A DNA stretch of 64,000 nt, from positions 256,001 to 320,000 of the forward strand of contig CAXXRD010000001.1 of assembly GCA_963663895.2 (NCBI GenBank), in the 5' to 3' direction. Positions within the stretch are counted from its first letter, which is position 1. Every line of letters starts with the position of its first letter. The notes below the pieces were generated by a model. The model ran no database searches. It was given only the letters and a program-made list of their open reading frames with translations, and was not told the DNA's origin. The position numbers were made by a program, and so were the translations under genes. This document shows positions 19,289 through 29,408 of this stretch, piece by piece. Source of the stretch: Dehalococcoidia bacterium (GTDB lineage: Bacteria; Chloroflexota; Dehalococcoidia; Bin125).

Positions 19289-19888
19289 TCAGCGCTCCGC
19301 CAGCCAAGCAGCCACCGCGCCGTAGTCAGCGCCCTGCTGCGCACGCGAGCGCCGGCCCATCGTCTGCCCCGACGGGTGATAGAGGGATGCGATATGCCGC
19401 TCCCCCCAAGGCGCAATCCGTCCGGCATCCACGCCGAACCGCAGCCCGTGCGGCTCAATCCTGCCCAATGCATCCAAGGCCACCCGCCCAAGCGCCACCA
19501 CCAACGACGGATCGACAAGCGCAATCTGCCGGCGCAGGAATCGCGAGCAGGCCGCCACCTCTCCCACGCTGGGCGTCCGGTTGCCACCCCGTGGATCGGG
19601 TGGGTGGCACAAGACCGCGTTGGTCACGAACGCCGCCGCGCGATCGATGCCGGCCAACCCACAGTACCGCTCGAAATTATCGCCGCTGCGGTCGCCCCGC
19701 AGGGGTACGCCGCTGCGCACCGCGCCCAGATAGCCCGGTGCTTCCGCCACGAACATGACCGCCGCCGGCGCCGCTCCGTTCGCCGGCCCCAGCACACTCG
19801 ATCCCGCCCGCATGCCAGGGCAACGGCGGCAGCGGCGTGCCTCATCGCTCAGCGATACCAGTGTCTGGGACAGCGTCATGTGCACCAT
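19289..19888 (-). CDS. Uracil-DNA glycosylase (family 4-like, Fe-S)
   Basis: CRRC, FVAEAPG, TNAVLC.P, NRTP...E...C, ALGRVA, YHPS. Confidence 0.9.
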   Translation of the reverse strand: MVHMTLSQTLVSLSDEARRCRRCPGMRAGSSVLGPANGAAPAAVMFVAEAPGYLGAVRSGVPLRGDRSGDNFERYCGLAGIDRAAAFVTNAVLCHPPDPRGGNRTPSVGEVAACSRFLRRQIALVDPSLVVALGRVALDALGRIEPHGLRFGVDAGRIAPWGERHIASLYHPSGQTMGRRSRAQQGADYGAVAAWLAER

Positions 19889-19914
19889 GCCCGCGCATCA
19901 GCCGCCGAATCTCG

Positions 19915-20166
19915 CTAAATCTTGAGCGCTAGCACTTCCCGCCTGAGTCCCGCATCGCCGAACTCCACCTGGGCGGACAGCACCCGAAAGCGTCGCCGCC
20001 CCCCGCCTCTGGTCACCACGAAGGTATCTCCCTTCGACCAAAAGTAATCGGTATCCAGCGTGTCGATCAGCGACTCTTTCCTCTCCGAAAACGGATCGGA
20101 TTCCCAGATCTCCGTCAGCACGGAAGCGCTCCTTCCTCGCCGCACCGAACGCGACGCTTCACCCAA
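19915..20166 (-). CDS. Small hypothetical protein
   Basis: 83-aa ORF with protein-like composition, co-oriented with its neighbours. Confidence 0.55.
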   Translation of the reverse strand: MGEASRSVRRGRSASVLTEIWESDPFSERKESLIDTLDTDYFWSKGDTFVVTRGGGRRRFRVLSAQVEFGDAGLRREVLALKI

Positions 20167-20364
20167 CGTGGCCCGGCCTCTGCATCACCGCATCGGCCCG
20201 TTCACAACAGGAGCGATACGCCGCCACCGCGGCCGCGGGCAGGCTACGAAGCGCCTCGCTCGCGTCCGAGCATACCCCGGCCCGCCCGTACCCTTCCTTC
20301 CGTCCGGGAGCAGGCCGTATCAGCACGACGTGCTACGCGGCCTGCGGACGGCTCCTTCCCGAGA

Positions 20365-21273
20365 CTACTGACGGACCTGGCGCACCAGTTCCACCACGCC
20401 CGCGATCTTGCCCAGCAGCGGGATCACATACACACCCGCACTCCATCCCCGCACGGTCTGCACGAACTCGTACGCCATCTCCAGACCGAGCTCCGCCGCA
20501 CCATCGCCGGCACGCTCCATGGCCTCCACCACCGTCGGCGGCACCGTGATCCCGGGGACGTTCTCCGCCATGTAACGCGCGTTGCGACCGCTCACTAAGG
20601 GCATCACCCCCAAAATCACCGGCCGCCCGATCGCCTCCGCCCGCTCCAAAAACCGCTCGATCACCTCCAACTCGTACGACGGCTGCGTGAAGAAGACGTC
20701 GGCTCCGCGTCGGACCTTCTCGCCCAGCCGCGCAATCTCCGCGTCCAAGTCGGAGGCTCCGGGATTCGCGGCCGCCGCGATCGTGAACGCCGCCTCGCCG
20801 CCCAGCGCGTTACCCGCCGAATCCACGCCGCCGTTGAGCATGGCGATCAATTCGATCAAGCCTTCCGCCTTCACGTCCCAGACACCGGTCGCGTTGGCAT
20901 AGCGGCCCAGCGCCGGCGGGTCGCCCGACAGCGCGATCACCGAGCGAATCCCCTGCATGTGCCCACCCAACAGATCCGCCTGGAGCGCCATCAAGTTCCG
21001 GTCGCGCGCGGCGAAGTGAACGATCGCCTCCACACTCGTCCGGCGCTGTACCTCCGCCGCAAACGCCAGCGGGCTCATCCGCACCGACGCCATCGGATTA
21101 TCGCCCACATCGACGCAATCCACGCCGGCTTCGCGCAAGGCTTCGGCGGCAGCGACCCCATCCTCGGCTGCAAGCCCGTGGGGCGGATCTAGCTCCACGG
21201 ACAGAATCCACTCTCCGGCATCCAGCTTGCGCCGGAGTCGGTAGTCCACGGGGCTCTGATCGCTTGCCGTCAC
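20365..21273 (-). CDS. metF: Methylenetetrahydrofolate reductase (YitJ C-terminal-domain type)
   Basis: SVELDPP, D.PMASVRMS, RDRNLMALQ.DLLG, GDPP, GADVFFTQP. Confidence 0.85.
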   Translation of the reverse strand: MTASDQSPVDYRLRRKLDAGEWILSVELDPPHGLAAEDGVAAAEALREAGVDCVDVGDNPMASVRMSPLAFAAEVQRRTSVEAIVHFAARDRNLMALQADLLGGHMQGIRSVIALSGDPPALGRYANATGVWDVKAEGLIELIAMLNGGVDSAGNALGGEAAFTIAAAANPGASDLDAEIARLGEKVRRGADVFFTQPSYELEVIERFLERAEAIGRPVILGVMPLVSGRNARYMAENVPGITVPPTVVEAMERAGDGAAELGLEMAYEFVQTVRGWSAGVYVIPLLGKIAGVVELVRQVRQ

Positions 21274-21349
21274 GCCTGCGTATCGCTCCACTCGCAGCCT
21301 AGCGGCTCGGTCGCTTCCATTCGAAGCGCGGCAACCAGAAAGAGATCGT

Positions 21350-21381
21350 AAAAGAAAACGGCCCGCTGACAGCGGGCCGTT
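21350..21381 (-). terminator. Intrinsic terminator after the IscA-like gene
   Basis: AACGGCCCGCT-gtc-AGCGGGCCGTT stem followed by TTCTTTT on the minus strand. Confidence 0.75.
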
Positions 21382-21402
21382 CAACTCACAACGCGAGTGC
21401 GA

Positions 21403-21786
21403 TTAGCAGCAGGACCGTGCTTGACTCGCCCCCGACCCCGCCGCCGTGTCGAATGACGTTCCGCAGGCGCAGGACCGCGCCGCGTTGGGATTGGAGATGC
21501 TGAAACCCTGCTTCATCACGTCGTCGATGTAATCCACCTGCGACCCCCCGATCAGCGGCGCACTCTCGGAGTCCACGAGGAAGCGCACAGTGCCCTTGAC
21601 GATCTCGGTATCGTCCTCTTCCTTCTCCGTCGCCAGCGCCATCCCATACTGGTAGCCGCTGCAACCGCCGCCCACTACAAACACGCGCAGGTATCCGTCC
21701 TCGTAACCCTTCTCCTTGAGCATGGCCGCCGCCTTCTCGGCCGCGAGGTCGGTCACCGTAAGGATCTCTGGCACAACCGTCGTCAT
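21403..21786 (-). CDS. HesB/IscA/ErpA A-type Fe-S carrier
   Basis: GGGCSGYQY and NPNA..SCACGTSF. Confidence 0.95.
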   Translation of the reverse strand: MTTVVPEILTVTDLAAEKAAAMLKEKGYEDGYLRVFVVGGGCSGYQYGMALATEKEEDDTEIVKGTVRFLVDSESAPLIGGSQVDYIDDVMKQGFSISNPNAARSCACGTSFDTAAGSGASQARSCC

Positions 21787-21955
21787 TAGGTCTTCTCCGC
21801 AAGATCGTCGCACCGGCGACTCTAGTTGCAGTCCGGCAGGCCTCGCCCTCGACAGGGAAACCTCCGGCGTTGCCGATTCCCCTGCATCATATTGACCCCC
21901 ATGAAAGAGCGTCTATAGCCTGGAATCAGCGGGCGCTTCCGCGGGAGAGCGTACC

Positions 21956-23125
21956 ATGCCCGACCGGATCTACTTGGACCACGCCGCCACCACTCCCGTC
22001 GATCGCCGCGTGCTCGCGGCCATGATCCCCTACTACCAGAACGCGTGGGGCAATCCTTCTGGCATCTACATGGAGGCCCAGCGGGCCCGGCGCGGTCTCG
22101 ACGAGGCCCGCGAGCAGGTCGCCGACCTGCTGGAATGCCTGCCCACCGAGATTATCTTCACGTCCGGCGGCACCGAATCCGACAATCTCGCCATCCGCGG
22201 CGCGCTCGCCCCCCGTTCAGAGCTCGGCCGGCACGTCATCAGCACTCCGATCGAACATCACGCCGTCCTGCACACGCTGGAAGCCCTCGATCGTGAGGGC
22301 TACGACGTGACGTTGATCCCGGTCGACAGCGAAGGCTTCGTCGATCCAGCGGCCGTCCAGGCCGCTCTCCGCGAAGACACGGCCCTCGTCACCATCATGG
22401 CGGCCAACAACGAGGTCGGCACCCTGCAACCCATCGCCGCGATCGCCCGCGCCGTCAAGGAACGCAACCCCCGCACCCTCGTCCACACCGATGCCGTGCA
22501 GGCCGCCGGCGTTCTCGACATTCGCCCCGACGCCCTCGGCGTCGACCTCATCTCGCTCACTGCCCACAAGATCTACGGCCCAAAGGGCATCGGCCTCCTC
22601 TACGTTCGCCAGCGCACGGAGCTGGAGCCTCAGATCCTCGGCGGCAGTCAAGAGCGCGAGCGGCGCGCGGGCACAGAGAACGTTGCCGGCGCGGTCGCCT
22701 TCGCCGCAGCGCTGGAACTCGCCATCCGGGAGCGCGAACAGCACAGTGACCACGTCCGCCGGCTCCGCGACAAACTCTGGCTTGATCTGCGCGAGCGCAT
22801 CGACGGCCTTCACCTGAACGGCCCCGCGGATTTCGACCGCCGCCTCCCCAACAACCTCAGTCTCTGCTTCAGTGGAGTGGAGGGCGAGAGCATCCTCCTC
22901 CAGCTCGATATGGCCGGCATCGCTGCCAGCAGCGGCTCGGCCTGTAGCACCGGCTCCACCGAGCCCAGCCACGTCCTCACCGCGATGGGCGTCGACAGCG
23001 ACCTCGCCCACGCCGCCGTCCGTCTCAGCTTCGGCGCCGAGAACGATGATTCCCACGTTGACAGGGTCGCGGCGGAGCTCCCACAAGTGATCGACCGCCT
23101 CCGCTCCCTTTCCCCCGTCGCTTAA
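21956..23125 (+). CDS. iscS: Cysteine desulfurase (IscS/NifS group I)
   Basis: YLDHAATT, FTSGGTE, TAHKIYGPKG, SSGSACS. Confidence 0.93.
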   Translation: MPDRIYLDHAATTPVDRRVLAAMIPYYQNAWGNPSGIYMEAQRARRGLDEAREQVADLLECLPTEIIFTSGGTESDNLAIRGALAPRSELGRHVISTPIEHHAVLHTLEALDREGYDVTLIPVDSEGFVDPAAVQAALREDTALVTIMAANNEVGTLQPIAAIARAVKERNPRTLVHTDAVQAAGVLDIRPDALGVDLISLTAHKIYGPKGIGLLYVRQRTELEPQILGGSQERERRAGTENVAGAVAFAAALELAIREREQHSDHVRRLRDKLWLDLRERIDGLHLNGPADFDRRLPNNLSLCFSGVEGESILLQLDMAGIAASSGSACSTGSTEPSHVLTAMGVDSDLAHAAVRLSFGAENDDSHVDRVAAELPQVIDRLRSLSPVA

Positions 23126-23229
23126 CGCGCCCCAGACGCCACGAGCAGATATGATTGGCCCAAGCGCAGCGGCAAGGGTTCTCCAAACTCAGCCCGTGCC
23201 GCGCGCGGCCAGAGAGCGAAAGGCGGAAG

Positions 23230-23922
23230 ATGCCGCACGATCCCAACCTCGTCCCGGTGCTTGACGCAAGCGCCGACTCCATTGAGGCCGATCTCAGCCA
23301 GCAGCTGCTCCTCACCCGCGTGGACGCCGTCCTCACTTGGGCTCGCCGCTCCTCGCTTTGGCCGGTGATGTTCGGGCTCGCCTGCTGCGCGATCGAGATG
23401 ATCGCCACCGCCACCTCCCGCTACGACATCGCGCGCTTCGGCGCCGAAGTCTTCCGTGCCTCCCCGCGCCAGGCCGATCTCATGATCGTCGCGGGTACCG
23501 TCACCTGGAAGATGGCCGTCCCGGTCCGCCGCATCTACCTCCAGATGGCCGAGCCAAAATATGTGATCTCCATGGGATCGTGCAGCAATATTGGTGGGCC
23601 CTTCGCACATGGCTACAGCGTGCTGCCCGGCGTGAACAACGTCGTCCCCGTCGATGTTTACGTCCCCGGTTGCCCACCCCGCCCTGAATCGCTCCTCTCC
23701 GGACTCATGCTGCTGCAGGACGTCATGAAGCAAGAGGGGCTCACCGGAAAGCGACAGCGTCCCGAGCCCAGCGGCGACTTCTCCACGATGCTCCCCCCAG
23801 ACGACCCCATCCGCCGCGAACTGGAGTCGCTCTTCCCACCCTACCTCAGCAAGGACGGGCTCCCTCGCGATCCTGAAACCGGCGCCCTGCCCCACGACAC
23901 CCTCATCGGCGGCAACTCCTAA
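23230..23922 (+). CDS. nuoB: NADH-quinone oxidoreductase subunit B
   Basis: [30 protein letters not shown]. Confidence 0.93.
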   Translation: MPHDPNLVPVLDASADSIEADLSQQLLLTRVDAVLTWARRSSLWPVMFGLACCAIEMIATATSRYDIARFGAEVFRASPRQADLMIVAGTVTWKMAVPVRRIYLQMAEPKYVISMGSCSNIGGPFAHGYSVLPGVNNVVPVDVYVPGCPPRPESLLSGLMLLQDVMKQEGLTGKRQRPEPSGDFSTMLPPDDPIRRELESLFPPYLSKDGLPRDPETGALPHDTLIGGNS

Positions 23923-24405
23923 TGTACGGCCTCGGCGTCGCCAAGGGCATGCTCACCACGGTCAAGCACCTGGTCCGCCCACCCGTCACCGTCCAGTTCC
24001 CCGACGAAACTCGCCCGATCCCCAAGCGCGCACGCACCAACCTCGTCTGGTTCGTCGAGCGCTGCACCGGCTGCAGCACCTGCGCCCAGGCCTGTCCGGA
24101 CGGCTGCATCCTCGTGCAAACCCAGCCGCGCGAGGATGGCTCATTCCTCGTTGAGCGCTACGAGATCGACTTCCGCCTCTGCATGTACTGCGCCCTTTGC
24201 GTCGAGGCCTGTCCCTACGAAGCGATCCAAGTCGGCGGCCCCTACAACGATGTCGTCACCGAACCCCAACCAGCTCTACCGCGATAAGCCCAAGCTCATC
24301 GAACTCGCCAACGACTATCTGCAAAAGAACGACTGGCTCTACCCCAACGGCCAGCCCGCCGTGCCCCAGACGATCCACCCTGCCGACCAGCGGCAGCACC
24401 ACTAA
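23922..24405 (+). CDS. nuoI: NuoI-like 2x[4Fe-4S] protein (frameshift near 24268)
   Basis: VTVQFP, CTGCSTCAQACP, CMYCALCVEACP; C-terminus (LYRDKPKL) continues in another frame. Confidence 0.85.
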
Positions 24406-24418
24406 GCCGAGCACGCCC

Positions 24419-27022
24419 GTGGCCCGCATCACCATCAACAAGCAGCCCTTCGACGTGGAAGAGGGGCGCCCGCTCGTCGAAGTGATCAAGGAACAAGGCT
24501 TCTACATCTCCAACCTCTGCTATATCGACGGTCTGCCTCCGCACGCCGGCTGCCGTACCTGTGTCGTCGAGGTCGAGGGCGCCCGTGGCCTCCCCCTCGC
24601 CTGCAGCACCCCCGTCGCCGACGGTATGGCCGTCCGCACCGATACGCCAGCCGTTCTCGCCATGCGCCAAGAGGTCATGGCCATCATCCTCGCCAACCAC
24701 TCCGATCGCTGCCTCACCTGCCATCGCACCGAGCACTGCAAGACCGGCGAGATCTGTCTGCGCGACAACACCATCACGCACCGCTGCGTCACCTGCTCCA
24801 AGAACTACCGGTGCGAGCTCCAGACGGCCTCCGACATGGCCGCGATCGGTCGTGCCAACATCGAGCCCTACCTCGACGAGGCCCGTACGTTCTACCAGTA
24901 CGATCAGCCTCCCCCCGACACGCACAACCCCTTCCTCGAATTCGATCCCCAGATGTGCATCCTCTGCTCGCGCTGCGTGCGCGCCTGCGACGAACTCCGA
25001 CACACCACGGCTATCGCCCTGGCCGGACGCGGCTTCTCCACCCGTATCGCTTTCGGAGCCGGAGGCCGCATCGACGAGTCCAACTGCGACTTCTGTGGCG
25101 CCTGCATCGACGTTTGCCCCACCGCCACGCTCATGGAAGCCCCGAACAAGTGGATCGCCCGGCCCGACCGCTGGGTCGGCACCGCCTGCACCGAGTGCTC
25201 CATCGGCTGCACCATTCAGCTCGGCGTGCGCAACGGCCGGGGCGTCATCGTCCGCCCCGGACAAGGCAACGACGTGAGCCGGAACCAGATCTGCGTACGC
25301 GGCCGCTTCGGCTACGACCAGATCCGCGATAAGCACCGTCTCAAGACCGGACGGTTCGTCCGTGGCCCCGACGCCACGGACGCCCACCCGCAGGCCGTGA
25401 TCGAAGACGCCGCCGCCAAGCTCCACGCGATCGTCACACAGCACGGCCCCGAGGCGGTCGGCTTCCTCGGCTCCGGCGTCGCTACCAATGAGGACAACTA
25501 CCTTCTCCGCCGCCTCGCCGCTCTGATCGGCAGTCCTCACCTCGACTCGAGCGCCGGCTACATCGACGGGGCCGTGGCCCAACCACTCCGCACGGCCTTC
25601 GGCCACGAACGCCTTCCCGCTTCCCTCGCCGACATCGAGCATGCCGACGCGCTACTCGTCATCGCCGACGACCTCGAATCCAGTCACAACATCGCCGCGC
25701 TGCGTATCAAGGACGCCGTTGTCAACCGCGGCGCCAAGCTCGTCAGCATCGGCCCGCGCGCCTCGGAGATCGATGACTTCGCAGCGGTCGTCCTCCGCGC
25801 CCCGCGTGGAAACACGGCGGGCACCGCTTCGGCCCTGCTGCATGCCCTGCTTGCCGACGCTGCGATTCGCGCCGACCTCGGCGACATAGCCCCCGATCTC
25901 CCAACCACGACCGTTCCTTTCAACATCGCTGAGGCAGCAGGCATCCTCGCCGCCGGGCACGGCAACAGCCTCGCGGTCATCTGTGCGCCCTCGCGCTCCG
26001 ATCCCACCCAGGCCGCCGCCCAGGCCGCAGTCGCCACCAACCTTGCCATCGCCCTCAGAGGCGCCAAGGCCGCCGCCGCGGCCCTACACCTCTTACCCGC
26101 CGACGCCAACGCCGTGGGCCTGCGCGAGATGGGTGTTCATCCCGGCGACACCGGCCTCGGTATCGCGGGCATGTTGGACGCGGCCCGCGCGGGCACGCTC
26201 AAAGCCCTGGTCATCGCCAAGGACAATCCGATACTCACCCTTCCCCACCGTGCCCACACCAGCGCCGCGCTCGAAGCCCTCGACCTCTGCCTCGTCATTG
26301 ACGACATCCCGACCGACACCACCGCGCTCGCGACCCATCTCCTTCCAGATGTCTCGCCCTACGCTAAGGACGGCACCATCACCACCGCCGACCGCCAGCT
26401 GCTGCGTCAGCGTCAGGCGCTGACCGGGCAGGGCCACGCGGCTCCCGCCTGGACTCACCTCGCCGCCCTCGGGATGGCTCTCGCTAACGCCGCCCAGCGC
26501 CCCGCGGACGCTGCGTCTTTCAAGTACGACTCAGCCGCAGACGTCATGGCGGAGATCAGCCACACCGTCGCCGGTTACCAGAACACGGCCTACAGCGAAC
26601 TACTTCGCGGTCGCCGCCTTCCCGGTAAACCCGCGACCGCCAAAGGGCTGCTGCCTCTCGCCCAGCCGACGGCGACTACAGATGTCGACGCGGGCCTCGT
26701 ACTGATCACCAGCCGCGATCTCTACACGGACCGGGAAGCCGCCGCCCTGCGCCTTCCGGACGCCGACCGGCTCCACCGGAGCGAAGCCGTGGAAATCCAC
26801 CCGCGCGACGCAGCGGACCTCGGTCTCAGCGATGGACAAGCCGCTCGGATCGGATCCAACGGCACAACGCTCACGCTTCCCGCCAAAGTGACGGAGGATG
26901 TCCCAGAGGGAACCGTCCACATCGCCGCTCTCGTCGCCGGCGGAAGCGTGAACCAACTCCTCGACGGCAATGAGACCCGTGTCACGGTCCGGCCCGGCGA
27001 GGACGGCTCAGTCCAGCGGTAA
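24419..27022 (+). CDS. NuoG/FdhF-alpha-like Fe-S molybdopterin-oxidoreductase-fold protein
   Basis: 2Fe-2S (LC..CRTC..LAC), HxxxCxxC, CILCSRCVRAC, CDFCGACIDVCP, CTECSIGC..ICVRGRFG; C-terminal IHPRDA domain. Confidence 0.85.
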   Translation: MARITINKQPFDVEEGRPLVEVIKEQGFYISNLCYIDGLPPHAGCRTCVVEVEGARGLPLACSTPVADGMAVRTDTPAVLAMRQEVMAIILANHSDRCLTCHRTEHCKTGEICLRDNTITHRCVTCSKNYRCELQTASDMAAIGRANIEPYLDEARTFYQYDQPPPDTHNPFLEFDPQMCILCSRCVRACDELRHTTAIALAGRGFSTRIAFGAGGRIDESNCDFCGACIDVCPTATLMEAPNKWIARPDRWVGTACTECSIGCTIQLGVRNGRGVIVRPGQGNDVSRNQICVRGRFGYDQIRDKHRLKTGRFVRGPDATDAHPQAVIEDAAAKLHAIVTQHGPEAVGFLGSGVATNEDNYLLRRLAALIGSPHLDSSAGYIDGAVAQPLRTAFGHERLPASLADIEHADALLVIADDLESSHNIAALRIKDAVVNRGAKLVSIGPRASEIDDFAAVVLRAPRGNTAGTASALLHALLADAAIRADLGDIAPDLPTTTVPFNIAEAAGILAAGHGNSLAVICAPSRSDPTQAAAQAAVATNLAIALRGAKAAAAALHLLPADANAVGLREMGVHPGDTGLGIAGMLDAARAGTLKALVIAKDNPILTLPHRAHTSAALEALDLCLVIDDIPTDTTALATHLLPDVSPYAKDGTITTADRQLLRQRQALTGQGHAAPAWTHLAALGMALANAAQRPADAASFKYDSAADVMAEISHTVAGYQNTAYSELLRGRRLPGKPATAKGLLPLAQPTATTDVDAGLVLITSRDLYTDREAAALRLPDADRLHRSEAVEIHPRDAADLGLSDGQAARIGSNGTTLTLPAKVTEDVPEGTVHIAALVAGGSVNQLLDGNETRVTVRPGEDGSVQR

Positions 27023-28115
27023 TACCGACCCAATCCCGAACGTCACTCCAGTCGCCGTCAGGCCGATCACGACCATCCGCGCCCCAGCGAACAACGCACT
27101 CCGTCCCGTCAACACCGACGACAAACCCCCTACCACCGCGAGCGCGAATGCGCCGCCCGCGACCGCCGCGATCAACGCCGAGTACCCTCCTCCGATGAGA
27201 AACGGCAGCAGCGGCACGATCGCCCCAAGCGCGAACGCCAAGAACGACCCGGCCGCCGCCGACCACGGCGAGGCCAGGTCGTCCGGATCCAGCCCCAGCT
27301 CCTCACGCGCCAGCGCATCCAACGCCCGCGCCGGATCCGCCATCAGTTCGTCGACCAAGCGAGCAGCGGTCTCCTCACTGATCCCCTTGCCGCGGTAGAT
27401 GTGCAACAGCTCTTGGCGCTCTTCCGCCGGGTCCAGCTCCAACTCCATCCGCTCCTTGGCCAGCAAATGCTCCAGCAGCTCTCGCTGGCTCCGCACCGAG
27501 ATGTACTCCCCCGCGCCCATGGAAAACGCCCCCGCCAGCAGGCCCGCCGTCCCCGCGATCAACACCGCATCTCCTTCCAGAGATGCACCGGCAACCCCGG
27601 CCACCAAGCTCAAGTTCGACACAAGCCCGTCATTGAGTCCGAACAACGCCGCGCGGAACACACTCGCCGCGTTGCTACTCGCGAAGCCGTGCTCCGCTTG
27701 CGCCAGTTGATCCGGGTCCAGCAAGGTGCGCAGCGCCGCCCGATGCGCGCGCTCCTCATCAACAAGAGCGGGCTGCTTCCGGATCGCCCTGGTACAAGCG
27801 GATATTCGCCAGCTCCTCCGTCCGCAGCCGCGGTAAGACGATCCCTAATCCACCCACCCGCGCCAGCAACACCAGCATCCGCGCGCGCAAACTCGGACCC
27901 GGGCGCCGCACCAACAGCGACTCGTCGCCGAGCAGTGCCGCCCAGTGCCGGGCATGCTCTACCTCCGACTCCGCTAACTCCTCCAACAGCGACACCGTCG
28001 CCTCGTGCCGCGCCGCGCGCGCCAATTGCTCGTAGATCCAGGCGCTCTCCAACTCCTCCGCAATCATCGCGCGGTACTGCTGCGCCCGAGCCGGTTCGAC
28101 GCGCCGATCACTCAC
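27008..28115 (-). CDS. Rubrerythrin-like domain fused to a VIT1/CCC1 transporter (frameshifted near 27720-27780)
   Basis: E..SA..Y..LA, E..HA.HW ferritin-like motifs; [28 protein letters not shown]. Confidence 0.8.
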
Positions 28116-28410
28116 CCGGCTAGGGATAGGGTCGTCCTGCCTGGCGCGCTTCCATTCGCCGTGCACTCCCCCGCAGTTGAGCGGCTGCACCACCACACTC
28201 ACCGTCACGTTCCCTTCACCGATCACAATCCCCAAAACGCCTCGGAACGCTGGCCCGTCCCGCGGACGCTCCACAGTGACGCGAACAAGCGCACCCGTAG
28301 CTGGCGTGACGCATGCGCGGTCGCACAGCACAACCTGTTATGCGATCCTGCAAGACACGATCGAGCAGCCAGCCACCAGGACGCGGCCGATCACCGAGCC
28401 GCGCAGCATA

Positions 28411-29296
28411 ATGACCGCACCTCTCCTCAAGCTTGGCCTGCCCAAGGGCTCCCTGGAAGAGGCGACCCATCGCCCTCTTCCAGCGCGCGGGCTTCGAGAT
28501 CGAAGTGCGCACACCGCTCCTATTTCCCCAGGATCGACGACCCCACACTCGAATGCGTCCTTTTCCGCGCCCAAGAGCTGGCCGCCTACACCGCGGACGG
28601 CATCGTCGATTGCGCCATCACCGGTCACGACTGGATCAAGGAGAGCGCCGCCGACGTCCACGAGGTCAGCGAATCTCCGGTACAGCAAAGCGACCTCCCA
28701 GCCCGCCCGCTGGGTCCTCGCCGTTCCCGTCGAGAGGTAACGTCCAGACGCCGGCCCAGCTCGCGGGCGGCATCGTCGCAACCGAACTCGTCAACGTGAC
28801 CCGTCAATACTTTGCGCAGCGCGGCATCGACGTTCGCGTCGAATTCAGCTGGGGTGCTACCGAAGTCAAGGCGCGTCTCCTGGACGCCATCGTCGAACTC
28901 ACCGAGACCGGCTCCAGCCTGCGCGCCAACAACCTCCGTGTCTTGGACGAGGTTCTCGTCAGCACCACACGCCTTATCGCCAACCATGCCGCTTGGAGCG
29001 ACCCCGCCAAGCGCCAAAAGATCGAAGCGCTTGACACCCTGCTGCAAGGCGCCATCACGGCGCGCGCCAAGGTCGGACTCAAGCTCAACGCCCCGCGCCG
29101 CTCCCTGGACGCCGTCATGGCGGTGATCGGCTCCTTCGGCGAGCACTCCCCGACCATCAGCCCCCTCACGGATGAGGACTGGGTCGCGCTGGAGGTCATC
29201 CTCGACGAGCGCATCGAGCGCGAGATGATCCCGGAACTCCTGCGCGCCGGCGCGAGTGGCCTCGTTTCCTATCCGCTCAACAAGGTCATCTCGTAG
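28411..29296 (+). CDS. hisG: ATP phosphoribosyltransferase, long form (four apparent +1 indels, 28465-28740)
   Basis: [51 protein letters not shown] spread over three frames. Confidence 0.9.
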
Positions 29297-29408
29297 TCGC
29301 CCGCTCCGCGAACCGCACAGCAGCACCCGCTCCATTGTCGGCCCCTGGTTCCCGCCGTAGGATTGCCTCCGCCAGACGACCCGGCTCAGCAGCAGAGTGG
29401 AGTGCCTT

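Noticed and set aside
17828-19888. HD protein, membrane protein and UDG as Cas-associated accessory genes
   Set aside because: Opposite strand to the cas genes and part of a run of common genes; no evidence of linkage beyond adjacency.
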